This document shows, one piece after another, positions 22,714-31,219 of a stretch of DNA of 64,000 bases; the stretch's first letter is position 1; the number at the start of each line of letters is the position of its first letter. The translations under genes were made by a program, and so were the position numbers. The notes beneath the pieces were generated by a model. It was not told the DNA's origin and searched no databases. It worked only from the letters and a program-made list of their open reading frames with translations. Origin of the DNA: Pyrinomonadaceae bacterium. GTDB lineage: Bacteria > Acidobacteriota > Blastocatellia > Pyrinomonadales > Pyrinomonadaceae. Where the stretch lies: the NCBI GenBank assembly GCA_030838445.1, contig JAUZFQ010000015.1:11001-75000 (forward strand), in the 5' to 3' direction.

Positions 22714-22743
22714 TTTATACTTGACCGCCTGACCCCATGTCAA
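22714..22743 (-). promoter_or_regulatory. Sigma-70-like promoter for the his leader/operon
   Basis: Minus strand TTGACA (22743-22738), 18-nt spacer, TATAAA (22719-22714). The leader ATG lies 12 nt downstream of the -10, so the 5' UTR is very short or near leaderless. Confidence 0.5.
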
Positions 22744-22803
22744 ACACCTCCGCCCCGATCAGTTCAGGGCAGACGCGTCGCGCTCGTCTCGTCGTTCCAA
22801 GAC

Positions 22804-25800
22804 TCAACAGCGGGGAGTGGTCGTTAACAGAGCGTCGGCTTGAGCCTGTTCATGTAGTGCTGCTGTCGCCGGTAGTTCTATCAACGGTAATTTTGTCACC
22901 GGCTTAACTTCAACGGCGGCGCTTCGTAAAACCTGGCCGACGGCTTCGGAGTCAAGAAACGTCGTGCACTGCTGTTCGTCGTGAATACCTGCGGCGATCA
23001 ATTTGACGATGGCGGCGGCCTGCGCGAAGGCTTCGTGCGCGCCCGCCGCATCGCCCGCACGCGCGCGCAAGCGACCCATGTCGGCATGTGTCTTCCACGC
23101 TTCGACGGGGACGGGATGCGCGGCGAGTCCGGCGAGCGACTCGCGCAATTCGACTTCGGCCTCCGCGTCGTCGCCGCGACCCGCGGCGATCCGGGCGAGC
23201 AGCCGGTGTGCGACCGCGATGTACTTGTGCGCCTCGTAGCGCGTGGCGATCTCAAGCAGCGAGCGCGCGCGTTCGTGCGCGTCGTCGAGTTCGCCGACGG
23301 CGATCAGGTGTTCGCACTGCCCGGCCTGCAAACGAATTTGATAACGCCAGCGAAACCACGCGTCGCGCCGGAAGATGTCTTTCACTTCGCGGAACGACTT
23401 CACCGTCTGGTCGCTCTCGCCCGCGTGCCTGTGGTCAATGCCGAGGTTGATCAAAGAGTTGGCCTGCGCTTCGAGCACGTTGGCCTTGCGCCCCACCTCC
23501 AGGCCGCGGCTGTTGTACTCGCGCGCGCTCGCGAAGTCCTGCATCTCTCGATAGACCCACCCGATGCAGTTTGGGATGCGCGGCGACCAGAATTGCTCGC
23601 CGTTGCGACGCGCGATCTCAAGCGCCTCGTCGAACGTCGCCAGCGCTTCGGACAGGCGACCCTGATTGCCGCGCACCATGCCGAGGACGAAATAACTTTC
23701 GAGCAGCAGGAAACCGTCGCGCAGTTCGCGCGCGAGTTCTTGCGCCTCCTTGAGCATCTCTTCGGCCGCCACGTAATCGGTCTGGAAGAAATAGAGTATG
23801 CCGCGCCACGCCAAGCCGGTCAGCAAAACTTTCTGATGATCCAGCGTGCGCGCGTCGGCGATGATCTCGTCGAGCATCGTCTTGGCTTCCGCCAGTTCGC
23901 CGTAACCGAGGTTCTTGAGGGCGATGACCTGCATCGCCTCGATGCGGAGGGCGGCGCTGCCCGACCTTTCGGCGAGCAAGAGTATCTCGTCGGCGCGCGC
24001 GGTGATCTCGTCCAAACGGTGCGAGTAGAAGAGCGTCATCGTGAGCGCGTTGAGGGCGGCCGACTCTTGCGCGGTAGACTTGAGGGCGCGCGCCTGCGTG
24101 AGCATCTCCGTGTAGTCGTCCACGGCTTCGGCGAAACGTCCGAGAGAAAGGTTGGTCGAGCCGCGCTTCTGGTGAAGCTCTAATAAACTCTTCGCCTTGT
24201 CCTCGTCCGTTAGTTTCTCCGCGAGTTCGATGGCGTGCGTGTAGTGTTCGGCGGCCTCGGTGTTGGCGTACAGCCGCACGGCGTTGTTGCCCGCGTGGAG
24301 GAGAAACTCGACGGCGCGCTCGAAGGCGCGACCGCGCTCGAAGTGCATGGCGAGTTGAGCGGCGATGCGCGGCGACTGCTTGCCGTAGTGCTTGACCAAC
24401 TGCTCGCCCGCCTGACGGTGAAGCAGGATGCGACGCTTGCTGACCAACTCGGCGTAGAGCATGTTCTGGTAGAGCGCGTGGACGAAACGGTAACGCGTCA
24501 CGAGCGACCCGTCGGGCAGTTCGTCTTCGCCGAGGGTCACGATCAAACGATGCACCTTGTCCAGAACGGCGAGGCGTTCTTCCGTTTCGAGGTCGTCCGC
24601 TCCGAGCAATTCGGCGACCACGGTTGAGAGAAACTCGTCGCCCGCGACGCTCGCATACTGGAGCGCGCGCCGGTCGTCTTCGCCGAGCGTTTCGATCTTC
24701 TTGCGGATCATGCTGCGCACGCTCTCCGGCGTCTCCACGTCCATCTCGGAGAGCGGGCGTGCGAGCGACCAGCAGTTGTCAATCTTCGCGATCTCGCCGC
24801 GCTCGGCGAGAAACTGCAACAGACCCGTGGCAAAGAGCGGGTGTCCCTCGGTCTTGCCCTCGACGAACGAGGCGAACTCCGGCGGGAAATCGTTCGGCGC
24901 AAAATGCGCGTCGAGGTACTTCGCGATGTGCGTCTCGTTCAGAGAGTCGAGGGCGATCTCCTCGGACAGACGACGCGCCTGCATTTCGAGTTTGTACTTC
25001 TTGAGCGGGTGCTCGCTGAGTTCCACTTCGTCGGCGCGCAGCGTACCGAGCATGAGCAGACGTTGGTCGCCGATGCGTTGACTGAGGTGGCGCAGCAGGT
25101 CAATGCTCGAAGGATCAGCCCACTGCAAATCTTCGAGGAACAAGACGACGGGCGAAGCGGAAGCCAACGCCGCCAGCGCGTCGCCCATCTCACGCAGCAT
25201 CCGCTCTTTGGTCACGTTCGCAGGGTCTTGCTGTTGCTGCTGCGACATCTCTAAGGCCGTCGTCGAAACTAGGGCCGAAGGAAATTGCAAACACCACGTC
25301 GGCGCGTAGGTGCGGAGCACGGCCGCCACGCGCTCGCGGTGTGGGGCGTTGAGCAGCGCGCCGATGGCGTCGAGAAACGGCAGGTAAGCCTCGCCCGTGC
25401 CGTACTGCTCGACGCAGCGGCCGCGCGAAAAGAGCAGCCCCGAATACTGCCTGCGCGAGCGGCGCATGAATTCGTCAACGAGCGAGGTCTTCCCGATGCC
25501 GGGTTCGCCCGTGACGAAGACGACGCGCCCCGCGCCACCGATTGATTGACGCAGCACCTCGTCCAGCCTACACAGTTCGGCCTCGCGCCCGACGAACGAC
25601 TCGGATTCGTTGTTGGCCGACGAAACTTCGCTGGCTTGCGTCAGCGTGGAAACATACCCGGTGGTTCTGCCATGCAGCGAGTTCAAAGCGTCGGCCAGTT
25701 CCGCGGCCGAAGCGTAGCGTTGCTCCCTGTCCTTCGCCAGCGCGCGTTCGACGATGAGATCGAACTCGAAGGGGAGTTCCGGTCTCGTCCCGCTCGGCGG

Positions 25801-26583
25801 CGGCGGGTTCGTCGAGGCGATTTCGTGCGCGACTGAAAGGACGCTCGTGCCGCGGAAAGGCAGACGCCCCGTCGCCATCTCGTACAACACGCAACCGAGC
25901 GAAAAAATGTCGGAGCGCGCGTCGAGCGGTTCGCCGCGCGTCTGCTCCGGCGACATGTAAAAGATCGTCCCGACGACGACGCCCGCGCCCGTCAGGTCAA
26001 TACGCGTCGGCGCGGTCTGCGCGAGCGGCGTCAGCAGCGTCTCGCGGTCGTAGCCCGCTGACGCGTCCATCAGTTTCGCCAGCCCGAAGTCGAGCACCTT
26101 CACGTGGCCGCGCCGCGTGAGCAGAATATTCTCCGACTTGATGTCCCGGTGAATGATGCCGATGGCGTGGGCGGCGGCGAGCGCGTCCGCCACCTGCGCC
26201 CCGATGTCGAGCAGGAGCGGCAGCGGCAGATGGCCGCGCGCGGCCGTCGCGCGCAACGTCTCGCCTTCGACGTATTCCATCACGATGAAGTCGAAGCCGT
26301 CGTGGTCGTCAACCGAATGAATGGTGACGATGTTCGGATGGTTGAGCGCGGACGCCGAACGCGCTTCACGCGCGAGGCGCAGGCGCGCGATGGCGTCGCG
26401 CGTGGCGTCGCCGGGTAAGAGTTTGATGGCGACGTGGCGGCCGAGCTTGGTGTCCTCGGCTCGATACACTTCCCCCATGCCGCCCTGTCCGAGTTTCTCG
26501 ACGATGCGGTAATGTTTTATCGCCTGCCCGATTTGGAGGAAGTTCATTAACGCGTCTTCTGCGGCGAGGCATAAACGATCCAT
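22804..26583 (-). CDS. Ser/Thr protein kinase fused to an AAA/STAND-type P-loop NTPase and C-terminal TPR repeats (PknK-like architecture)
   Basis: Kinase motifs GQGGMGEVYRA, AIKLL, HRDIKSENILL, DFGLAK. P-loop VFVTGEPGIGKTSL, followed by a long helical-repeat region. An alternative start is at 26547 (MNFLQ...). Confidence 0.85.
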   Translation of the reverse strand: MDRLCLAAEDALMNFLQIGQAIKHYRIVEKLGQGGMGEVYRAEDTKLGRHVAIKLLPGDATRDAIARLRLAREARSASALNHPNIVTIHSVDDHDGFDFIVMEYVEGETLRATAARGHLPLPLLLDIGAQVADALAAAHAIGIIHRDIKSENILLTRRGHVKVLDFGLAKLMDASAGYDRETLLTPLAQTAPTRIDLTGAGVVVGTIFYMSPEQTRGEPLDARSDIFSLGCVLYEMATGRLPFRGTSVLSVAHEIASTNPPPPSGTRPELPFEFDLIVERALAKDREQRYASAAELADALNSLHGRTTGYVSTLTQASEVSSANNESESFVGREAELCRLDEVLRQSIGGAGRVVFVTGEPGIGKTSLVDEFMRRSRRQYSGLLFSRGRCVEQYGTGEAYLPFLDAIGALLNAPHRERVAAVLRTYAPTWCLQFPSALVSTTALEMSQQQQQDPANVTKERMLREMGDALAALASASPVVLFLEDLQWADPSSIDLLRHLSQRIGDQRLLMLGTLRADEVELSEHPLKKYKLEMQARRLSEEIALDSLNETHIAKYLDAHFAPNDFPPEFASFVEGKTEGHPLFATGLLQFLAERGEIAKIDNCWSLARPLSEMDVETPESVRSMIRKKIETLGEDDRRALQYASVAGDEFLSTVVAELLGADDLETEERLAVLDKVHRLIVTLGEDELPDGSLVTRYRFVHALYQNMLYAELVSKRRILLHRQAGEQLVKHYGKQSPRIAAQLAMHFERGRAFERAVEFLLHAGNNAVRLYANTEAAEHYTHAIELAEKLTDEDKAKSLLELHQKRGSTNLSLGRFAEAVDDYTEMLTQARALKSTAQESAALNALTMTLFYSHRLDEITARADEILLLAERSGSAALRIEAMQVIALKNLGYGELAEAKTMLDEIIADARTLDHQKVLLTGLAWRGILYFFQTDYVAAEEMLKEAQELARELRDGFLLLESYFVLGMVRGNQGRLSEALATFDEALEIARRNGEQFWSPRIPNCIGWVYREMQDFASAREYNSRGLEVGRKANVLEAQANSLINLGIDHRHAGESDQTVKSFREVKDIFRRDAWFRWRYQIRLQAGQCEHLIAVGELDDAHERARSLLEIATRYEAHKYIAVAHRLLARIAAGRGDDAEAEVELRESLAGLAAHPVPVEAWKTHADMGRLRARAGDAAGAHEAFAQAAAIVKLIAAGIHDEQQCTTFLDSEAVGQVLRSAAVEVKPVTKLPLIELPATAALHEQAQADALLTTTPRC

Positions 26584-26762
26584 GAATTTGTGTCACGGGC
26601 GTTGATCGTGGAAAGCGTCTGGACTCCTCTGCGAATCCCTCGCTTCCCCGATCCTCTTCCACGCACAACGATGAGCCGGCACCCATACCAGTCCCTATTT
26701 GTATACGCGAGAAAAACCACCCGACGGGATCAACGGATGCCGGTTTCTTCCGGCTGAGAGAC

Positions 26763-26813
26763 GAAAAGGGGCGGCCGGATGCGTTGATATTCCACGCACG
26801 CGACCGCCCCTTC
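26763..26813 (-). terminator. Probable intrinsic terminator downstream of the GH5-like gene
   Basis: Minus strand AAGGGGCGGTCGCG...CCGGCCGCCCCTT followed by TTCGTC. The stem is imperfect, with an inner TGCGT/ACGCA helix. Confidence 0.4.
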
Positions 26814-26836
26814 GGCAGTCAGTTATAGATTGACTC

Positions 26837-28006
26837 TTACATCGCCGCAGTCGTGTGCGTGCGTGAAGCCTGTGCTTTGAGTTTGCCCGTGAGCCGCTTG
26901 ATGAGTTCCACTTCGGCGGCGCGGTAGGGCGTGCCGTCGGTGCGAAAGACTTCGTGAAACCAGATCGCAGGCTCTCGATCAACGTAAGGATGCCGCCACG
27001 AATCCCAGGGCAGGTGCGTCTGCGATTTGCCCTGCACCAGGCCCCAGTTGATCGCCGCGACGTTGTAACGTTTGGCGATGGGAAGGCTGCCCTCGAACGT
27101 GCTGCCGTTGCCGCGCGCCATGTATTCGGTGCAGAGGATCGGACGGTTGTAGCGTTGAAGCTGTTTGATGCGCCGCTCGAAACTCGCCGGGTCGTCGTAA
27201 TTGTGAAACGAGATGATGTCGGAGAGGTGTAGTTGCGTGATCTCCATCGCGCCGATGTCGCGCGGGTTCGACCAATCGCCGCCCTTCCAGACGCCGGAGG
27301 TGAGCGGCTGCGTCGCGCCCGCCTCGCGCGCCCACTGGAACGCTTGCGGCAGCAGGGCGAGAACGAGTTCGGCCTTGTTCTTCGGCTCAAGGGCGCTGTA
27401 GGCCGGTTCGTTCATGTTGTCCGGCTCGTTCCAAATGTCCCACGCGAGGATGCGCCGGTCGTCCTTAAACGCGCCGACGACGCCTTTGACGTAGGCCGCG
27501 AGGCGCGGGTACTCGGCGGGGTCTTCGAGCGCGACCTTGCCGGGCGACTGCATCCAGCCGGAGTTGTGGACGCCGGGACGCGGCTCGCGCTGTTTGCCCG
27601 TGGCGGGAAAGGGATCCCAGCACGAATCGAACAGGACGAACATCGGGCGAATCTTGTGCTTGTCGGCGATGCGTAGAAACTCTTCGATGCGCCGCTTGAA
27701 GCCCTCCGGGTCTTGCTTGTAAGCGAGGTCGTGCAGGTACACGCGCATCGTGTTCATACCGATGTCCTCAGCCCAGCCGAGTTCGAGGTCAATGCGCTTG
27801 GGATCGAAGGTGTCGGCCTGCCACATCTCAAGCTCGTTGATGGCCGTCGCGGGGTTGTAGTTGCTGCCGACGAGGAACGGCTGCCGCTTGTACCACTCGT
27901 TGGCCTCCGCCTCCGTCCACCTCGACGAAGGCGCGGCGAAAGCGGCGTGGCATAACAACAGGACGACGACGAGCGCGCGTGCGGCTTTCAAGCGTGAAAC
28001 GTGCAT
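26837..28006 (-). CDS. Secreted glycoside hydrolase, GH5-like TIM barrel
   Basis: Signal peptide, then NTMRVYLHDL and the ILAWDIWNEPDN (NEP acid/base) motif typical of clan GH-A / family 5 enzymes. Confidence 0.7.
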   Translation of the reverse strand: MHVSRLKAARALVVVLLLCHAAFAAPSSRWTEAEANEWYKRQPFLVGSNYNPATAINELEMWQADTFDPKRIDLELGWAEDIGMNTMRVYLHDLAYKQDPEGFKRRIEEFLRIADKHKIRPMFVLFDSCWDPFPATGKQREPRPGVHNSGWMQSPGKVALEDPAEYPRLAAYVKGVVGAFKDDRRILAWDIWNEPDNMNEPAYSALEPKNKAELVLALLPQAFQWAREAGATQPLTSGVWKGGDWSNPRDIGAMEITQLHLSDIISFHNYDDPASFERRIKQLQRYNRPILCTEYMARGNGSTFEGSLPIAKRYNVAAINWGLVQGKSQTHLPWDSWRHPYVDREPAIWFHEVFRTDGTPYRAAEVELIKRLTGKLKAQASRTHTTAAM

Positions 28007-28185
28007 GTTTTTCGAGACTCCGTGATAAGCCGTTAGGTGTGAATTCGATCCTGCCCGCCATCATACATCAGGGCGCAAATCAGTTGGGACGATTATGCGA
28101 TTCAAAAGGAAGAGAGTTTCCTTTCCCCTAGAGCACTTTTCTGTTGACTGACGTGCAAGCAAGATAACTCAACGCAGAGACGCAG

Positions 28186-28225
28186 AGGGGGCGCAGAGAG
28201 TTGAATCGTTCTCTCTGCGCCCCCT
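28186..28225. repeat. Perfect 15-bp GC-rich hairpin built from CGCAGAG heptamers
   Basis: AGGGGGCGCAGAGAG (28186-28200), 10-nt loop, CTCTCTGCGCCCCCT (28211-28225), preceded by two more CGCAGAG copies (28172-28185). There is no U-tract on either strand. Confidence 0.8.
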
Positions 28226-28288
28226 TTCTGCGGGCTGGTCTCTACACCGAACGGACGGCGACTTGTACGGTCTCTGACTTGCCGCCCC

Positions 28289-29422
28289 TTAGTTCGCGCA
28301 ACGCGCTTCGATGATCAGCTTGGCCTTGCGCGCGAACTCGGCCGCCCATAGCTCCGGCGACTGGTCGCGCTCGTGGTTGCGCGAGGCGCGGAACACTTTG
28401 GTGATCAGGCCGTCGCTCTTCTCGGCATCGAGGAGGCGTTGTAGGCCGTTGGCGAGAAGTTGCCGACCCGCTTCGCTGATGTTCGCATCGCCCACGCTCT
28501 TGGCGGTCGTGGTGCAGCGGCCGCCGCTGACGCGGATCGGGTCTTTGCCGCTCCACCCTTTGAGCGTCGCCTTCTTCTCGCTGGAACTGGAATAACCCCA
28601 CGTCGAACCCATGTCGCTGACGTAGTACACCGCGTGTCCCGGCTCACAGGTCAGAGTCTTGTCATCGTTCTTCTTCCACTTGAGACAGGAGAACTTCTGG
28701 TTGTCGGTCTTGGTGTCCCCGTGATCAATGAAGGCGAGCCACAGCTTGTAGGCGTCTATCTCGGCGCGGGACGTCTCGCCTCCTTGGAGTAACTTCGACA
28801 GCGAACCGGAGATCGAACCCGAATCTTCGTCGCTGCAACTGGTGTCGATCCCTTTGCCCAGGGGGAGTTCGATCCCGGCGGCTGGTTGGAAAGGCGAAAA
28901 ACTCGCGCCCTGAAAATTGCTGGTCAGACTCTTCTCGCAGTCCGGGCAGGTGACGTCTGCGACCCACTCGTCGTCTGCAAAGAAACCCAACGCCTTCGAG
29001 AAACGCGAGGACAGGAACTCGCCGTAAATCTCGCCGTTGCGCTTCTCTTTCGCCTGCCCCTTGAAGTGTGGCTTCACTTTAAAACGGATGGGGTTGCCGT
29101 CCTCGTCCACCACGCCCGGCACGGAGCAGTGGAATTTTGGCGTCGTGCCCGATCCCTTGGTCGGCTTCTTGTCCGCGACGCACTTGACGGGCATCGCGAG
29201 TCCGTCAGCGTCAACCGGCGGTGCGCCGAGCCGGGGGCTGTTTTGAGGGTTGTAGCCGAGCACCGGGTCGTAGCCGGGATCGGGTTCTTGCCAGACTTTA
29301 GCCTTCCGCTCGGCGAGCGCGCGCTCTTCCGGCGTGAAGCATGGGTGCTGTGCTTCAACCGACGACGCCACGAAAAGAAGGAGAAGATAAACGACGAAAA
29401 TCCGGATCGGCTGACGGAACAT
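28289..29422 (-). CDS. Secreted Cys-rich protein of unknown function with a protein-kinase-like catalytic-loop motif
   Basis: Signal peptide MFRQPIRIFVVYLLLLFVASSVEA and 12+ Cys residues. Motifs IRFKVKP, EIYGEFLSSRF, FIDHGDTKTDNQ and VSDMGSTWG are arranged like kinase beta3-Lys, alphaC-Glu, HxDxxxxN and DxG. Confidence 0.6.
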   Translation of the reverse strand: MFRQPIRIFVVYLLLLFVASSVEAQHPCFTPEERALAERKAKVWQEPDPGYDPVLGYNPQNSPRLGAPPVDADGLAMPVKCVADKKPTKGSGTTPKFHCSVPGVVDEDGNPIRFKVKPHFKGQAKEKRNGEIYGEFLSSRFSKALGFFADDEWVADVTCPDCEKSLTSNFQGASFSPFQPAAGIELPLGKGIDTSCSDEDSGSISGSLSKLLQGGETSRAEIDAYKLWLAFIDHGDTKTDNQKFSCLKWKKNDDKTLTCEPGHAVYYVSDMGSTWGYSSSSEKKATLKGWSGKDPIRVSGGRCTTTAKSVGDANISEAGRQLLANGLQRLLDAEKSDGLITKVFRASRNHERDQSPELWAAEFARKAKLIIEARCAN

Positions 29423-29441
29423 AGACGCTCCCTTTCACCTC

Positions 29442-29519
29442 AAGATCAGTTGAACTACATGAGAAGTAAGATCAGTTGAACTACGTGAGCAGTAAGATCA
29501 GTCGAACTATGTGAATAGT
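29442..29519. repeat. Three tandem 26-bp repeats upstream of the secreted Cys-rich protein gene
   Basis: aagatcagttgaactacatgagaagt (29442-29467), aagatcagttgaactacgtgagcagt (29468-29493), aagatcagtcgaactatgtgaatagt (29494-29519). Confidence 0.95.
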
Positions 29520-29618
29520 AATCTCATCCTCTCTTAAATGGCAAAACTAGGAAGACGTTTTACCGGCGTAACTGCCGGGAAGTTTCAACCCACTTCATCC
29601 CTCCTTGAGCCTCACGGA

Positions 29619-31022
29619 TCAGCGCATGTAGGGCGCGACGTTATCGGCGACAACTTTCAACTCTTCGTTCGTCAACGGCAACTTGCGGCGCAGTCTCGCC
29701 CAGCGGAGCGATGTCGGCGGCGCGTCGGCCGTGGCCGCGGCGTCCGAGCCGTACAGGATGCGCTTGAGTCCGATCTGCCGGATGAGCTTGGCGATGGCCT
29801 GCATCGTCTCGTCCGGGTCGCCGGTGATCGCCGCGGCGGCCTCGACCTCCGTCAGATCGAAGTAAAGATTTTTCGTCCGCGGGTCGCCCGCGCTGACGGC
29901 GTCGGCGAACACGCGGAGGGCGTCAGGAGTGAACTCGTTGCCGCCCCAGAGGTGCGCGATCTGGACGGGGACGTCGGGGGCAGCCGGAAGAAGTTCCTTC
30001 AGGAACACCTCTGCCTGCTCGCGGCCATAAGGCCGCACGTGCGTGTGAACGACGAGCGCCAGCCCCAACTCGTTCGCGGTGCGGAAGACGCGCCGCACTT
30101 TCTCAAGGTGCTCAGGGTTGAGCACGTCAACGCGGGAGCTGCGGAAGTGAAGTTTCACCCCCTTCATGCGAAGCTCGCTCGCGCAGCGGCGAATTTCCTG
30201 AACCGCATAGTCCCTGAGCGGACTCACGCCGCAGAAGGCGACCAGACGGTTGGGATAGCGCGCCACCTGCGCGGCCACCCAGTCGTTCTCCGCACGCGTG
30301 TTCGCGTACTCGTCGCCCGGCCACTTCCTCCGGCTGGCAAAGAAGTAAGCGACGGAGAGCACCGCCGCGCGCTGGATGCCGGTCTCGTCCATGTCGCGTA
30401 TGAGTTGGTCGGCGGTCAACGGCACGGCGAACGGCGGCGGAGGGATCGGCGTGGCCTGTTCGGTCTCGATTCGCCAGACGCCGCCCGCGTCCTTTTTGAG
30501 ACCGAGGACGAAATGCATCCGGCTCTCAGGCGACTGTCCGGAGACAACAACGCCGACTATCTGCGCGACCGAATCGCCCACGGCGAACGTGTGCGGAACG
30601 AAACGTGACGCGGGGTCGTAGGAACCGACCAACCGCCGGATGTCATCCCGGCCGCGTACCCACGGTTGGCTCTCGGCTTGCACGTCGAGCATCTGCGCCG
30701 TGTCCGTGTAGATGTCGCCGATCTCCTCCTTCCCCATGATCCGGTTGCGCTCCTGAACGACGTGATTCAGGCCGGGCGGCAGATCGGCGACCGGGGGCAG
30801 CGTCGGCCAAGGGATGGCAGCCCTCGGCCCTACGATGTGCTGGTGGTGATCAACGCGCGGCACTATCGCCGAACGCTCCGTGATGCGCGCGAGTGATGCG
30901 TCAACCCGCGAACGCGCCGCGGCGGCGGCTTTCTTAGGAACTGACTTCTGTTGCGCGACGCTATGTGTGCAGCCGATGACGAAGAGAAGGACGGGGGCAA
31001 GGGCGCGAGGGGTGAAATGCAT
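29619..31022 (-). CDS. Secreted metal-dependent amidohydrolase-family protein with an inserted SnoaL/DUF4440-like module
   Basis: Signal peptide, HxH motif (VDHHQHIV), later VHTH and ILYGSDAAA (metal-ligand Asp). The middle segment resembles NTF2-like domains. Confidence 0.7.
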   Translation of the reverse strand: MHFTPRALAPVLLFVIGCTHSVAQQKSVPKKAAAAARSRVDASLARITERSAIVPRVDHHQHIVGPRAAIPWPTLPPVADLPPGLNHVVQERNRIMGKEEIGDIYTDTAQMLDVQAESQPWVRGRDDIRRLVGSYDPASRFVPHTFAVGDSVAQIVGVVVSGQSPESRMHFVLGLKKDAGGVWRIETEQATPIPPPPFAVPLTADQLIRDMDETGIQRAAVLSVAYFFASRRKWPGDEYANTRAENDWVAAQVARYPNRLVAFCGVSPLRDYAVQEIRRCASELRMKGVKLHFRSSRVDVLNPEHLEKVRRVFRTANELGLALVVHTHVRPYGREQAEVFLKELLPAAPDVPVQIAHLWGGNEFTPDALRVFADAVSAGDPRTKNLYFDLTEVEAAAAITGDPDETMQAIAKLIRQIGLKRILYGSDAAATADAPPTSLRWARLRRKLPLTNEELKVVADNVAPYMR

Positions 31023-31219
31023 GAATGACTCCTACATGGCTCGGCGGTATGGCTACGATCAGATGACTCATTGAAGACAGAAATTTCAACGACACCGTTG
31101 AGTCTCAGTTATCCCTTTTTGGGGGATGAGTCAACGCACTGTAATCAGTGGGTCAATGCCAAAGGAATACGCATCGCAGACCTGATCTTGTTCCATTTCA
31201 TTTCATGCAACAGAATCCG

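Noticed and set aside
22585-22827. 80-aa plus-strand ORF (MGVHKNRRAASMAMMDAMMQ...) between hisZ and the kinase gene.
   Set aside because: It is antisense to the His-rich leader ORF and promoter, has no coding-bias support and runs into the kinase gene. The minus-strand features explain the region better.
26584-26836. Possible small RNA or riboswitch in the 250-nt gap upstream of the kinase-AAA-TPR gene.
   Set aside because: Only the GH5 terminator-like hairpin could be supported. No conserved riboswitch core sequences were recognised by eye.
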